DNA of 64,000 bases from Balamuthia mandrillaris (Eukaryota). The stretch spans positions 124,001 to 188,000 of the forward strand of contig JAVKOQ020000057.1 in the NCBI GenBank assembly GCA_031835245.2, read 5' to 3'. This document shows, piece after piece, positions 11,248 to 27,869 of the stretch. Position numbers and translations under genes: made by a program. The notes beneath the pieces were generated by a model that did no database searches, was not told where the DNA came from, and saw nothing but the letters and a program-made list of their open reading frames with translations. Positions within the stretch are counted from its first letter, which is position 1; every line of letters begins with the position of its first letter.

Positions 11248-13462
11248 ATGCTTCGCCACTCGCTGGGTCGGTGCCTCTCTTGTCTGCGCCTGCTCTTCCC
11301 CGGCAAGAAAGTCGAAGAACGCACCCGCTTCTACCACTGGTGGGCGCTCCTCCTCCTCATCGCCGTCAACCTCCTCCGCGAGGCCGATCAATGGGCTCTC
11401 CCAACGTTACAGGCCTCTGGCCTGCAATGCAGCTCCTGCCCTTCCTCTCCCTCCGCCGCGGAGGACGTGGCTTGGTACCGAAACTGCCAGGAGCAATGCC
11501 TCTCCCTCAGCGACGTGCAGATGGGTTTTCTCTCGGGTCCTGCCTTCACGCTGAGCTCCGTGCTGGCCAGCATTCCGTTGGGTTGGTTGGCTGACCTCGA
11601 CACGAGGGTACACAGGGTCTGGCTTTTGTTCGGAGGCGTGTTGGTCTGGAGCGGGGCCACCGTGGCTGCTGCTTTTGCGGGAGGCTTTTGGGGGTTGGCT
11701 TTGTCCCGGGTCTTGTTGGGACTTGGTGGGGTATGTTATTTGTTGTTGTTTTGCGAACAAAGAGAATGCTGCTGATACTCGTGTAATGGACAGGCCACGG
11801 TGAATCCAACTGCTTATTCTCTGCTCGCTGATTACTTTCATCCGCAGTATCGGGCTTTCATACTAGCTCTCTTCAGCGCTACCATTTATTTAGGTCTTTC
11901 TTGTTCTTGTTCCTGCTTATCCTTCACCATTTTCTTCTTTTTGTTCTTTTCTTTCTTCTTCTCCTTCTTGCTTCTTGCTTCTTGTTATTCTTGTTCTTCT
12001 TGCTTCTTATGCTTTTTCTTCTCCTTCTTTTTCTTCTTCTTATCTTCAACTTTCTTTCTGCTCCTACTAATGGTTGCTATAATAAAAACAATAACAGGAG
12101 AGCTAGTAGGACTGGTAACAGGTTTCATCAGTCAAGCACATAGCTGGCGGTTAGCGTTCTTGTTGTTGGGTGTTCCTGGCTTCTTCTGTGCCTTTATTCT
12201 TGGCTTGACTCTTCGAGAGCCCGTTCGTGGCTTGAGTGAACGCTGGGCCAAAGAAGAACGACCAACAAGTGTAGCAACAAAAGAAGAAGGTGAACACGAG
12301 GCGGAACAGAAACGAAGAACAACAAAGAAAAAAAGGCATAAGAAGAGGTTGATAACAACGGACATAAAGGAAGAAGAAAGAGCGATTTTGGCAACGGAAA
12401 CTACTTTGTTGACCGCAACAGTAGCATCAGCGGATGCTGGAGCAGAAGAAGACAGAGGAAAGAGCTATTCTTTCCTGAAACGGTTCTTGTTTTTGTTGCA
12501 GCTCCCCGCCTTCGTTGGACTTTGTTGTGCAGGTACCGATATCAATTTTTCTCTCTGTGTTTGTTCATTTTGTTTATGTTCTTTCTCCTTGTAACATAAT
12601 AACAATGACCAGCTGCAATAAGGAACCTGGGAGGATATGCGCTGGGGGGATGGTTACAAGTGTTTTTGGTGCGTGTGCACGGATTGAAGCCTGCTGACTT
12701 TGCCACATGGCTCATTGTCATCATTCCAGTTGGTGCGTTCTTCCTTTGCCTTTGTTTTATTATCATTAGTTAACGATTTCCGAAAAAAAACCTATCTTCT
12801 TTCGTTTAGGAGGAGGGCTTGGGGCAACTATAGGAGGATTTCTGGCTGATAGATGGTTTAAGGTCTTTACTTCTTCTTCATCGACCTCGTCTGTCTCTCT
12901 GCTCTAATGTACGTATATACAACAACCGCAGGTGGATCACAGAGGCAAAGCATGGTTGATAGCCTGCAGCCAAGCCTTTGCTGCTCCACTCATTGCCGGG
13001 TTCTTGTTGGTGGAACCTACGGTACTTGCGTTCGCGTTCTTGTTCGCTTCCTTCATCTTTGCAGAGATGTGGTATGGCCCTTCCACTGCCATCGTTCAAG
13101 ACTTGCTACCTCCTTCCATACGCGGACTAGGTTTGTGTTTATTTCTTCACTCCCGAGTTCGTTATGATATTCACGCTTTTTCTTTTGTTTTGTACCAACA
13201 GGAACTGCTATTTATTTTATTGTAACATCGCTTGGCGCTTTAGCTCCACTTATTGTTGGAGCTCTGAACAATTTTTTCAATGACGGTGCTCCTTTCTCTT
13301 ATCAATCTTCATCAAGTAAGTTCATTCACTTCTCTTTTGTTCCATACGTTCATATCTCATGCTCTGTTTTCTTTCTTTCTCTGTGGTCGTTGCTCTTTGT
13401 GTTACTCTACTCTTCCTCTTTCTTTCTCTTTTGGTAATCCTTTCTCATGTTCTCTTCCTCTT

Positions 13463-13509
<47 letters not shown>

Positions 13510-13873
13510 GTCTCTGTCTCTTCTCTTAAAATCAACATCAGCATCACAGGAAGAGCAAGGTGAAGATACGGTGTTGGACCCAACTTATTCGATGTTGATG
13601 ATGGTGGCTGGAATGTATGTGCTAAGCGTGCCAGGTTTCTTTCTCGTCTCGGCCTTCATCAAGCATCATCGAGAAAGAGCGTGGGGTCTTCTACAGAAAG
13701 AGAGCTTGCGAGATATAATCAACGAAAAGGAAAGGAATGACTTCTTCTTCGAATACGTTGGAGTTAATGAAGAAGGAAGGATAAGAAATGCACAATCACA
13801 AAGAGGAGATGATGAAGAAGCAGACGATGAAAAGGACGATACAACAACAATGGAGGAGGAAGAAGAGAAATGA
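11248..13873 (+). CDS. MFS transporter, Spinster-like (multi-exon)
   Basis: LSDVQMGFLSGPAF...IPLGWLAD; SLLADYFHPQYRA; WRLAFLLLGVPG...LREPVRG; STAIVQDLLPPSIRG. Confidence 0.9.
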
Positions 13874-13976
13874 GAGAGCAGCATAAGAATACGTTAAACA
13901 ATTAAGTTTTTGTGCAGAACAAAAACGTATAAATAATGGGAGTAGGATAAATAGCGATAGTCCTCCAACACAGGTG

Positions 13977-14576
13977 CTAAAACCAGTATTGTGGATACCG
14001 ACCGCTTCGCGGAAGATTGTTGGTGATGAGCGCCACTATTGACATTAAAATGGCACCACCAGCCGCTAATGGAATAAACAAGAAGCCTTCATCCTGGAAC
14101 GCTTCCGAGCCTAAATAAACCGAGAGGGAAACAAAAACAAACGGTTTTGGTAAATAAGAAAGAAGAAAGAAGAAAAAAGCAACTTACCAACGATAGGAAT
14201 AATCGCAGTAGCTGCAGCAGGCGGATGCAGCGTGTTGGTCATTTGCATGTTGACGATAGCCAACGCCACAGAAATGGCACCTATCACCATGCGTGAGTCC
14301 TCCGAAGTTACCGCCTGGTTCAGCACCACGCCTATAAAGGCTGACAGTGTGTGACCTCCTATCACGTTTCGTGGTTGAGCTAATGGACTCTGCAGGGAGG
14401 AAGAAGAAGGGAAGAATAAGGCAGGGTGAAGAAGAACAATATGGGCAAAAACGTTTCGAAAACGATACCGCAGGAGCTCCGTAGAGAAGTGCAGCAGAAG
14501 CACAGTAGCTCAGCAGAAAAAAGCCAAGATCTTGATCTGTGAAGAAATACCTTTCCAGCACAGCTATCTTTATGTT

Positions 14577-14617
<41 letters not shown>

Positions 14618-15375
14618 AAGAGAAGAAACAAGCAAAGAAGAGAGATGGGGGTTGGTGTTTCTTATGGTGTTGGAAAAAGCGTGATACTTACAATGAGGAT
14701 GCCACAGAAAGCACCCAAGAAACTCCACGCCATCGTCCAAACGGAGAGAGGCAGCTGCGGTCCTGCTATCAGCCCATTCTTTCCTTTCATCTTCACCAGA
14801 AATGGGAGCGGATACTCTAACTTTGGTTATTTTTTTTCCGAAGACAAGAAAGAAGCAATAATAAGATGACGAAGAAGAAGCAAGAAGAAGCAAGAAGAAG
14901 AAGAAGAAGAACAAGAACAAGAAGAAGAAGAAGAAGAAGAAGAAGAAGAAGAACAAGAACAGGAAGAACAAGAACAAGAAGAACAAGAACAAGAAGGACA
15001 CAAAGAAAAGGAAACATAAAAGAAATAACATACGCGATAGTCATAGTTTTTAGGAGATGGAAACAAAGCAGCGGAGCACTCTCGGAACCTATCTGTGACC
15101 CTGTTCCACGCTCTTCGCGTCTTCCCCTCCACGTTTTTAGTGCCTTGCTCCTCCGCCCCAGGCAGCACTCTCTCCATCGCCCCACCCGGCAGCTGCACTA
15201 TTTCTCCGCCGTCCTCGTCGTTGCTGCCGCTGTTGTGGGCGCGGATGCCTCCCATCTCCATCATCTCCAACCCCTCGTCCTCCTCCTCCTCCTCCTCCTC
15301 CTTCTGCTCTGCCGCCGCCCTGCTTTCCTCCGGTTCTTCCGCCTCCGCCTCTACCACTGCTCCTTCCTGCGCCAT
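13977..15375 (-). CDS. HPP family membrane protein, copy 1
   Basis: SYCASAALLYGAP, SPLAQPRNVIGGH, TNTLHPPAAATAII, C-terminus NNLPRSGRYPQYWF*. Confidence 0.92.
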
Positions 15376-15845
15376 GCGTGCTCTGCTCTGCTCTGCTCTC
15401 TCTCTCTCTCTCTCTGCGCTGCTTCTCTCTCTGTGTGGGCTTCAGTGCTATTTAATTGTCGACAAAAGAGGCCAAAAACTGCAGAGGGGCAGCTGTAAAC
15501 GCGCACAAAAGCTGCAGGACGGAGAATTTTTGTTGAATTCGTTTCCATTTTTGGACTTTTCCGATATAAAACCTTTATTTATCATTATTATTATAGGCAT
15601 ATTTCGCTTGCGGTGCGAGAGACCGCTTGGTGAGGGGAAACCTTTTTTCAAATTGTTCCTGGAGGAAGGAACATTTCGTGTAAGCACAAGGCTCATTCGA
15701 ACTCTTGTAACACAATTAAGTTGAATGAGTCGGTTTTTAATAAGATTTGAAAAAAAAAAACAATGGATTCAAGAAGTTCTCTTCTTTGTTTCTTGTTTTT
15801 GTTTTTTGTTTTGTTTGTTGAAACGTTGGAGGGTTTTGACTTGTT

Positions 15846-15880
<35 letters not shown>

Positions 15881-15942
15881 AAACATGATGTTTGTTATCA
15901 AGACAAGCGAGAGAGGTGAGAATAAATCACCACTGCCATTGG

Positions 15943-16432
15943 CTACCACCAATAGAGAGGGTAGGAGGTGCGGCGCGATATGTTTCCGGTGATGAGGGCA
16001 ACCAGCAACATGAGGAGAGCTCCCCCCGTGGCTAGCAGCACGTACAAAAACCCTTCATCTCTTATTCTGTCTGAGCCTTTTGTTTGTTTGTTTGTTAGTT
16101 TGCATAAAGGTTGGTGTGTTCAGAAGGAATACAGACAACACAACATAAAAGAAACCAAAACCACAAACAGTTAGAAACAGAAACAAACGAACGAACCTAC
16201 AATGGGAATGATAACAGTGGTGGCACCAGGCGGATGCAGCGTGTTGGTCAACTGCATCACGGCGATGGACAACCCTACGGACATGGAGGCTACCACCACG
16301 CGAGAGGTTTCGGAGTAAGCAAACTTGCTGAGAAGGACTCCCAGGATGGCTGATATGAAGTGTCCTCCTATCAAGTTACGAGGTTGAGAAAGCGGACCCT
16401 TTGTATTTAGTTTGTGTTAATGGTCGCTTAAA

Positions 16433-16471
<39 letters not shown>

Positions 16472-17372
16472 CAGAGGCAGGGACAGCGACAGAGACAGAG
16501 ACAGAGACAGAGGCAGAGACAGAGAGACAGAGACAGAGACAGAGAGACAGAGAACGGAAGAAGAGAAGAAGCAAACGAAAATAAAAGAGCGAGGAGAAAG
16601 AAGAGGAGAATAAAATACATGAGGAGCGCCATAAATAAGTGCAGCAGAAGCACAGTAGCTCATAATAAAAAAGGTAAGATCCCTTTCTTCGAAAATGAAA
16701 CGGTCCAACATGGATATCTGTTCGTTGAAATAGAAGAGAGAACACGAGCAGGCGAGAACGCGAGAAGTGAGAAGGGAAGAGCAGCAAAGAAGAGAAACAA
16801 AGAAGAGGACACAAGCTAACGTACCACGAGGATGCCGCAAAAAGCACCAACAAAACTCAGCACAATGGTAGAGAGAGGCAAAGGGAGCTTTGGACCGGCG
16901 CTGAAGCCACGTTCTCCCTTCATCTTGGCAAAAAACGTTCTCAGGTTATACTCCATCTTTTGTTTTTGATTTTAAACCGAAAAATTAATAAGAAAAAGAA
17001 GAAAGACGAAATAAGATGAAAGCGAAAACGAACGCAACGGTCTTGCTGCGCGGGAGGAGGAAACAAGGCCGCAAAGTAAGCCACTATCCAGCCCTTGGCG
17101 GAGTGCCACCACTCTCTCGTGTTCCGCTTGAGCCACCACCGCTCCTCATAGCTCAGAATTTCCGGGTCGTAAGGCACCTTTTTCTCCTCCGCCAGTTCTT
17201 CCGGCCGGCTCGGTGGTTCTTGCGGACCAGGTCCCGAGGGATCATCCCCTCCAGGCGGCTCGCATTCCATCATCAAGATGAACTTTTGGTCTTCCTCTTC
17301 ATCGCCCACCACCGGCGTCCTTTCGGTTGGTTGTTGCGCCGACATGACCTCCTCCTCTGCCTTCTTCCCCAT
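15943..17372 (-). CDS. HPP family membrane protein, copy 2
   Basis: SYCASAALIYGAP, PLSQPRNLIGGH, TNTLHPPGATTVII, C-terminus GNISRRTSYPLYWW*. Confidence 0.92.
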
Positions 17373-17558
17373 TTATTTTTTGTTTGTAACAGCTTTAAGG
17401 TTCAGGTGGGGTCCTTTATTAGCGAAATTTTTGACACGTGCTGGTGAATTTACTTTCCAAATTAAGATGTAATGACATCACACTTTACCAAAAATACTTA
17501 ACACGACGTCAGCTTATTTCCTTTTTCGAAAGAAGGTGCTGCAGGTTTTTTTTTGTCT

Positions 17559-20722
<3,164 letters not shown>

Positions 20723-21436
20723 GCCATGCACATTTTCTTCCTCTTTTTCTTTTCTTTTCTTTTTTATATTTTTTTTAAATAATTTTTTTTGCTGAAGGCT
20801 GACGTCAGCGTTGTAATTTTCAGTTTGCGGCGAATTTTCATTTTTCCCCGGTTGCTGAGCAACTTAGATCTAAGGTTACCTAAAATAGGTAAGTCCACAT
20901 CTGGCGGAGATCTGAAGTCGCCTTTTTTCCTTTTCGCAAGAATGCGAAGGGTGGTACAAAAGAAAGCTCCGGCCTCACAATCTTGTTATTGTCTTTGGCC
21001 TCTCTGCGTTTGCTTCCAACCTCGCTTGATGTTACTTGTACTTCTGCGAGGAAACAATCCTATCCCCGAGCTCTCCCAGGTTTTTACCCAGGTGTCCGGG
21101 TTCGAAGATTCCTGGCTCTAAACTCCAGAGCTTCTGCTTTATATTATAACCTACAACAAGCTGCGTTACCCCACCGAGCTCTCTATGGAACCTAACCTCC
21201 TCCCAACTCCGCTTCTTCGTCCAGAAGGCCCGTCGAAACCCAAGCGAGAAGCAAAAGGTACTGAAACGTTTCAGAGATGTCCAGCGACATGTTTTCAACA
21301 TTTGAACTTATTTTCCAACCAAAGATGCTTTATACAACGTTCAACGGAGGCGTACCATGTTGGTTCGTTTCCGTCCTCCTGGGTTTCTTATTTACCACAT
21401 TCATAACCTTATCTTATACAACAATTATCAACTTGG

Positions 21437-24058
21437 TTAAACTGTAACGTCTGTCGGCATCTTTCTGGAGTTTGATGAAGAGCTCATTTTGCTCTTTTTC
21501 GTTCTCTTCTTAATGGAGATCGGTGGTTTCTCCGAGGATCGTTTCAGCTTGGACGTGGAAGAAGATAGAGTTTGTTGGTAGACTTTTAGCCATTCTCTGT
21601 TGGCGAAAGTGCAGAAGAGTAACAGTCCTTTGAGGAATAAACGGTTTGTGAGTACCATAAAAAGAAAGCGAGTAAGAGAAAGAGTGAGTGAGAGGAAGAA
21701 CAAAAAGATAACACAGAAGAGGAAGAAGAATCATAACGAAAAGAACTCTAAACGGTAACAAACCTAGAGCAGAGACGCCAATCGCTCTCAACACCACCAA
21801 CGGATAGCTGGTAACGTCCTCATCCAACTTACAATCGTCCGACCCCTCTTTCCCAAATATCCAAGGAAACATCATGCAAGCGAAGTATCTGTCATAGGCC
21901 TTCTCCACTTCCTCCTTGGAGCTCTGGACTTTGATGGAATAGGCAAACAGGAAGCAGTACACCAAGAGAAAGACCACCACGAACATGGCCACCCGCAAGT
22001 TGTTCAGAAGCAGCTCCAAGCGACCGGTTTGGAAGCTAATGAAGGATATCTTGATGATGCAGACGAGGAAGCAGAGCGTGCCGATGCTGAGGCACACACT
22101 CACTGGAACCACCCAAAACGACCAGAACATGGCTTCTCCTCCTGCATACGAACTCACGAAGCAACTACATAACGAACAAGTTTAGACAGAGCCAAGTGGT
22201 TAGGCAAGTGAGAGGAAAACTTACAAAGTATCAGCAGAGGTGAAGGCGATGCTGTCGGTGGCAGCAGGGATGAGGGCGAACAAAGCGGCCAAGCCCCAAG
22301 CCAGCACATGAAACACCAACTGAAGTTTCAAGTCTAAGTTGTCTTTCCATCTTTCCGGAATGTAGTCTCTCCACATCAACTGAAAGAGCATATTTACAGC
22401 AATAAGAAACCACCTTTTGCGTTCAAGAACAAAAGCTGGAGTGTTAATAGAAAAACGAGAGGTCTTAGCTAACACGTTGGATCGTTACCAAAAGGTTGCA
22501 GCTAGTATGCCAAACATCAACAGGAAACCTTTGTTGAAGGAACGACGGTGTTAAAACAAAAGCATAAATAAAACAAACGTCACACAAACCTTGAAATGTG
22601 CACAAAGATGTTTTTACATAGAGTTCAGCTGCGTTATCCAACGTAACGAGATGCCTGTTGAACTCGGACTCAAACGTGATGACGGCCTCGTCGCACCAAA
22701 CCTCTTCTTCTCCTATCATGTGGGCAAGACACAATGCTCCGGCAGCTATGTTGGCGGAGATGGCCACCATGATCACCAGATTGGCCGGGAACTGGCGCTG
22801 GTGTTTGTGCAACGAGGTCGTGATGATCATTACACATGTTGCAACCTGTATATAAAGAAGGTTAAAAGACAGCAGTGAACATGACGCTGAACGTGAATTG
22901 AGTGGAGGACAGAGAGAGGAAGAAGAAGAAGAAGAAGAACAAGAAGAAGAAGAAGAACAAGAACAAGAACAAGAACAGAAACAAGATCATGAAGCAGAAG
23001 AAGAACAAGAACAGGATTTATGATACCAAAGAGAACCACGCCAGCACAGCCTGCACTGTCTTCACAGCACCATACTGCTCCTCCGTCAAAGTCGGCAGTG
23101 GACATTCGAATCCACATCTGCCATCGTCAGATGTGACCAACGGCAGTTGGCAAGCAAACACTGCGTTACCTCCTCTAGGGTCAGAGCATTCCAAAGTTAT
23201 GGAGGAATGCTTGTCAGCCCCCTCCCTAAAGTAAGCAGCCGAGACGTTGTACGAGGGCTCCTTCCAGAAGCTCGTATAGTTGGTCCAGACGTCTCTTTCG
23301 GAACAGGTTAGGTTGTACCCCATTTGAGGCTCTGGCAGGATCAATGCTATGCCTATCGGTAACCCGTTTTGAAGGATCCTTCCGCATGTCTCCACTTGTT
23401 GTTTTATCATGCGAAGGGGGAGAAGGAGGAAAAAACCAAACGAGAGGAGGAGTAAAACAAAGATGTTAAGAACCACGAGGAGCCGCGAAGAGTCGAACAA
23501 GAAGAAAGATTACTTACTGTAGGAGCTACACACAGACAGGCATGGTTGTATTGGCCAGGGAACAGGCTCTGAAGAGAAGAAGACATAAGCACAAAGTACA
23601 AAAAAAAGAAGAGGTAAGAAGGAGGTATTCAGCTTTTTACCCTCTTCTAGAATGAGACACGGCCGAAAGGTCGTAACGCAAGCAGCGTATATGGCGGCTT
23701 GTATGCACTCCTTCGTTTCAACGGTGTCGATGGAGGCGGCGTTGGTCATGCTGGTCGCTCGTGCAGCCAGGTAGTTCCATGTCAAGTCTCCTTGCACGTA
23801 TATAGGCGTTCCCTCTTTTTTTTATTATTATTTTTGTGAGGCATAAACTCAAAATACGTTTGAGAAACAGAAGAAGGAGCAGCAGAAAACCAAACCTGAA
23901 TACCCCAACACGTCCACACAAGCCCCAACGTCGGCTGAAACAAAAGGCACGCAGCTGGGCTCTTGAATATTGTCAGTCCAAGTCCCGGCCCTCGCTTCCA
24001 GACCGGCCATCGCCAACACAACAACAACCGGCACCAACGCCACCAGGGAAACCTTCAT
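21437..24058 (-). CDS. Frizzled/Smoothened-like GPCR (Dictyostelium Fsl type)
   Basis: Signal peptide, Cys-rich extracellular domain, CxxPLV...CGFECPLP linker, 7TM segments with FPANLVIM and FHVLAWG. Confidence 0.8.
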
Positions 24059-24647
24059 CCTTTGTTGGTGCTGCAAGTTGTTTTGTTATGGCTTCGCCCC
24101 AACAAGAGTCTGTGAACTACACCGAAGAAGAATTGTTGTGGTTGTTGACAATCTCTGCCAGGATGAGAGAGACGAAAACTATTCGATGAAAAAAGCTGCT
24201 TTATTAAACGATGTAACGCGATAAACAAATGTATCTTTTACATCCAGCTTTTTTTTCCTTTTTATCGGTTGTTTTCTGCAAGTTTTCTCTTCAGGATGGG
24301 CTAACCGCAACGCGGTGTAAAAGAAGAAAGGGATCTATTATTGCATTAAACGGTTTGCCGGAAGCAGTACTGCTATAATGAATGCTTCCATGCGCCAGGG
24401 TTGATCAACTCTATTTTTTTTGGTTTGTTGTCATGACCACTTGGGTTCGTCTGTTTAGGCGGGGTGTTACAACAACCTTACACCCGGCCTCCGTTTCGTT
24501 GCACGACTGAGATTCATTCAAGGAACATTTTTTTTAAACAATAATAGTTTCGCGACGACATGATGATATGCTCATTCATGTCGTCCCAGAAATAAATTTT
24601 TCCTGGAAAACGAAAATCTATTTGTGCCGACAAACGAAAAGAAAAAG

Positions 24648-25007
24648 ATGAAGCAAAGAGGACAGCCGGCGTTGGTGCGTTCCATTTCCGTGTTGGCGTT
24701 CTGCTCCGCCCGGAGGGCTCCTTCCGCCTCGGTGTCTACTGCATCGGCGACCCTATGGAACCCATGCCGGAGATGGAGGGAGGGCTCTCGCACCCATAGC
24801 CTTTCCTCCCGATCTCCTTCTCTCCTCCTCCCGAGGCCTCGCTCCGATGAACTGCAGCAACAACGCGCCTTCTCCTTCTCTTTTTCACAACTGCATGCAA
24901 GAAGAACGCTCTGCTCCAGAACCAGCCCCTCGGATAACACCGCCGCTGCTCCGGGCTCTCCCTCGTCAAATGATTCTTCCTCCCCTTCCGTACTCTTTCT
25001 CTCTGTT

Positions 25008-25045
<38 letters not shown>

Positions 25046-25566
25046 CTTCTTTCACTGACTCATGCAAACAAAAAAAGACGCCAGTAGCTTCCTTCAAGCC
25101 AAAGCTTCTGATGCACTACACCTGTCGCGTCTGCAACACGCGCGAGGCCAAGAGCTTCTACCGGCAGAGCTACGAGCGCGGCGTGGTGATCATCCGCTGC
25201 TCCTCCTGCCGCAGCCTCCACCTCATCGCGGACAACTTGAATTGGTTCGGCAGAGGGAGGAACGTGGAGGAGATCCTCATGGAGCAAAGAGGGGAGAAGG
25301 TGACCTGGGCCTCCTCTTCGGATTCTTCGAAGGAGCAGGTAGAAGCCGCGTTGCTTGCTCATCAGCAAACGCTAGCAAAGTATGAGAATGAAGGCAAGAA
25401 AGAGGGAGAGGAAGGGAAGGAAGATAAAGAAAGGTTTATGGAGAATGCAACGTTGCAAGAGGAGGGAAAGAAAGAGGGAGATGTGGACATCGAGACGTCG
25501 GATGAAGTCATTACAGTAACTCCTAAAGCATCGGCATCCACCACACAAACAAGCAACAAGCAATGA
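24648..25566 (+). CDS. DNLZ: Mitochondrial DNL-type zinc finger (Zim17/Hep1)
   Basis: R/S-rich presequence; YTCRVCNTR...SYERGVVIIRCSSCRSLHLIADNLNWF. Confidence 0.93.
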
Positions 25567-25574
25567 TGAGCTCA

Positions 25575-27103
25575 TCATTCCGGTCCTTTTGTCTCTTTCT
25601 CTTTCTCTTTCTGTTCCTCTGCTTTGTTGTTGAAAACGTTCATTTCGGTGTATTCGCCTTCATCATCGTCACGAATGGTCCATTTCATGGCTTGATAGTC
25701 ATCCTCTCGTTCTTTCTCTTTCTCAGAGTGTTTGTTCGTCCTGTTCATTCTCTGGTCCTCAACATGTTCTTTTCTTTCATTCCCTTCTTCTTTCTTCTCT
25801 GCTGATGATGAAGCAGTTGGCACTGCTGAACGTTGTTGTTTGGAAGCCTGACTTCTTTTCCACAGCTTCCACGTGGCTTCGTACCAACTGTTGAAAATGG
25901 AACTGTTCTTCACTCCAAAGAAGTGATGTAACTGAAGCAGAGCCAAACCGCAATGAGCATGGTTAGTCCAAAACAAGGAAACAAAACGACCAGTAAAGAG
26001 ATGAGAGAACGAGAGAGAGAGAGAGAGAGAGAGAAGAGTACGGTATTGTCAGCAGCATAAATACGAATACAGTCTGGTATAGCTTGTTGCTTGTTGCCCT
26101 TCTTAACAGTCGTTGTCTCTGATTGCGCTTCTGAAGTTGCAGGTTCTGCTTCCTCTTCTTCTTTCTCTTTTTCTTCTTCTGCTTCTTCTTTCTCTTTCTC
26201 TTCTTCTTCTTCTTCTTCTTCTTCATCTTCTTCATGTTTTTCTTCTTTCTTCAGTACCATAGGTGATGGAGAAGACGGAGCTAGCTTGAACAGAGGAGGA
26301 GCATTTTCAAAGTTACTGATGGCTTTGTCTATATGCACAATGTTGCGAAACGGTATTATCACCTGTGTGTTTTTTTGAAGGTTGGAAGAACAGACAATAG
26401 AAGATGTAGCTTTACAAACAAAGAACTTACTTTGAGTCGTTTGTTGTGTCCTCCACAAAAGGATAGATAATGCTCAGAGAGGTAGCAAAGCCCATGTATG
26501 CCCATGTTACCGCTCAAGATGACACAACCAAACACTGCTCATCGTAAAGCCATGAGAACGAGAGCACGAAAAACAACAAGCTGAAAACGAAAATGAAAAC
26601 AGGATGATGAAAAAGAAGGAGAAGAAGAACAACAACAAGCAAGAACAACAAGCAATAACAAGTTACCTCCATAGAGAGTCTCCTCAGGAGGCAATTGAAA
26701 AGTGTTCTGAAAGGCCTTCCTCACTTTGCGGCTCTGGGCATGAGGGGCCGGCGCCTCCGCAAACAGGTCGCTCTCCACCGTCTCCACCAAGCTCCAGAAC
26801 GAGTACTCCACCTGGTCGGCCAGGTCTTCCACCGCTCCAAGCAAACTGTCCCACCAACTGTCCGTGCGTTCTGCAACCAAACAAAAAACGATCAGCTCAT
26901 GGGATGACATTTTTGGCAAACAAAACAAAGGGACCAATACGTTTGAGCACTATGCCAGAGGAGGAAGAATAGGTAGCGGTAGGACGTCCACCAGACTTGC
27001 CAGCAGCAGCGGCAGAAGGCGTGGGCGCAGCCCTCTCCTCGCCCCCAGAGGAACTTGCACCGCTACCGCCAGGGTCCTCCACCGCCTCCGCCTCTCTCTT
27101 CAT
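25575..27103 (-). CDS. GRAM-domain protein
   Basis: FQNTFQLPPEETLY, GHTWALLPLSIIYPF region, VIIPFRNIVHIDKA, IRIYAADNT...HHFFG; multi-exon. Confidence 0.7.
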
Positions 27104-27869
27104 TTCCACTCTTCTTTTGTTTTCGTTGGAAAAAGAGCAAACCGAAAATCGTTCTGCGCCGACCGAAATTTACGACTTTTTTGAGATAATTTGTCGACAT
27201 GCGGTACCCTCTCATTCTTATCATTCATAACATTCCTATCATTCTCCTCATTATTTTCATGCTTCTCATGCTTCTCATTCTCTATTCCATCCTTCGATAT
27301 CGAAGCTCCGTCTCTTCAATCCCTCGCCCGATGCAAAGCTGCTGAGGAAGATGGCTTTGGAGGCCTCTCGCCACTGTCCTCTCTCCTTGAGTCGCTCACG
27401 CTGGAACACAGGCAAACGCAGGAACAGCTGCTGGCGCGACGGCTTGCTGCTCGCTTTGGCCTGAGCCCTCCTCCGCCTATTGTGGATTTCATCTTTCATT
27501 TTCCTTGCCTTCGGCATCTTCATATCATTCGGTACACCTTTCTCTCTTCTTTTTTTCCTGTTTTTCTTCTTCCTGGACGACATCTCACACATCATGATTA
27601 CAGCGAAGGAACATTAATAACGCCTTTAGAAACCCATCAACGCACTTTACGCCGGCTATGCGTTACAGAGAGTGACTGACATGGCGATCTTCGCGACCTC
27701 TGTAGTTATTTGGAGTCAAGAGGAGAACGAGATAGAGCTTTGCAGGATGAAAAGGTGAAGCAGAAGGAGCAGTTTTAAATACAGGTCTTCTCTAACCACT
27801 GTTGAAAGAGGGAAAGAACAAAGCAGAGTAACAAATCAAAAACAAATATAATACTTTACGAAACTTTAT

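Noticed and set aside
20941..21406. Short ORFs between CDC7 and the GPCR
   Set aside because: No recognisable motif on either strand.
27295..27480. PSLQSLARCKA as a SOCS/BC-box remnant
   Set aside because: Too short, with no clear start codon or gene structure.
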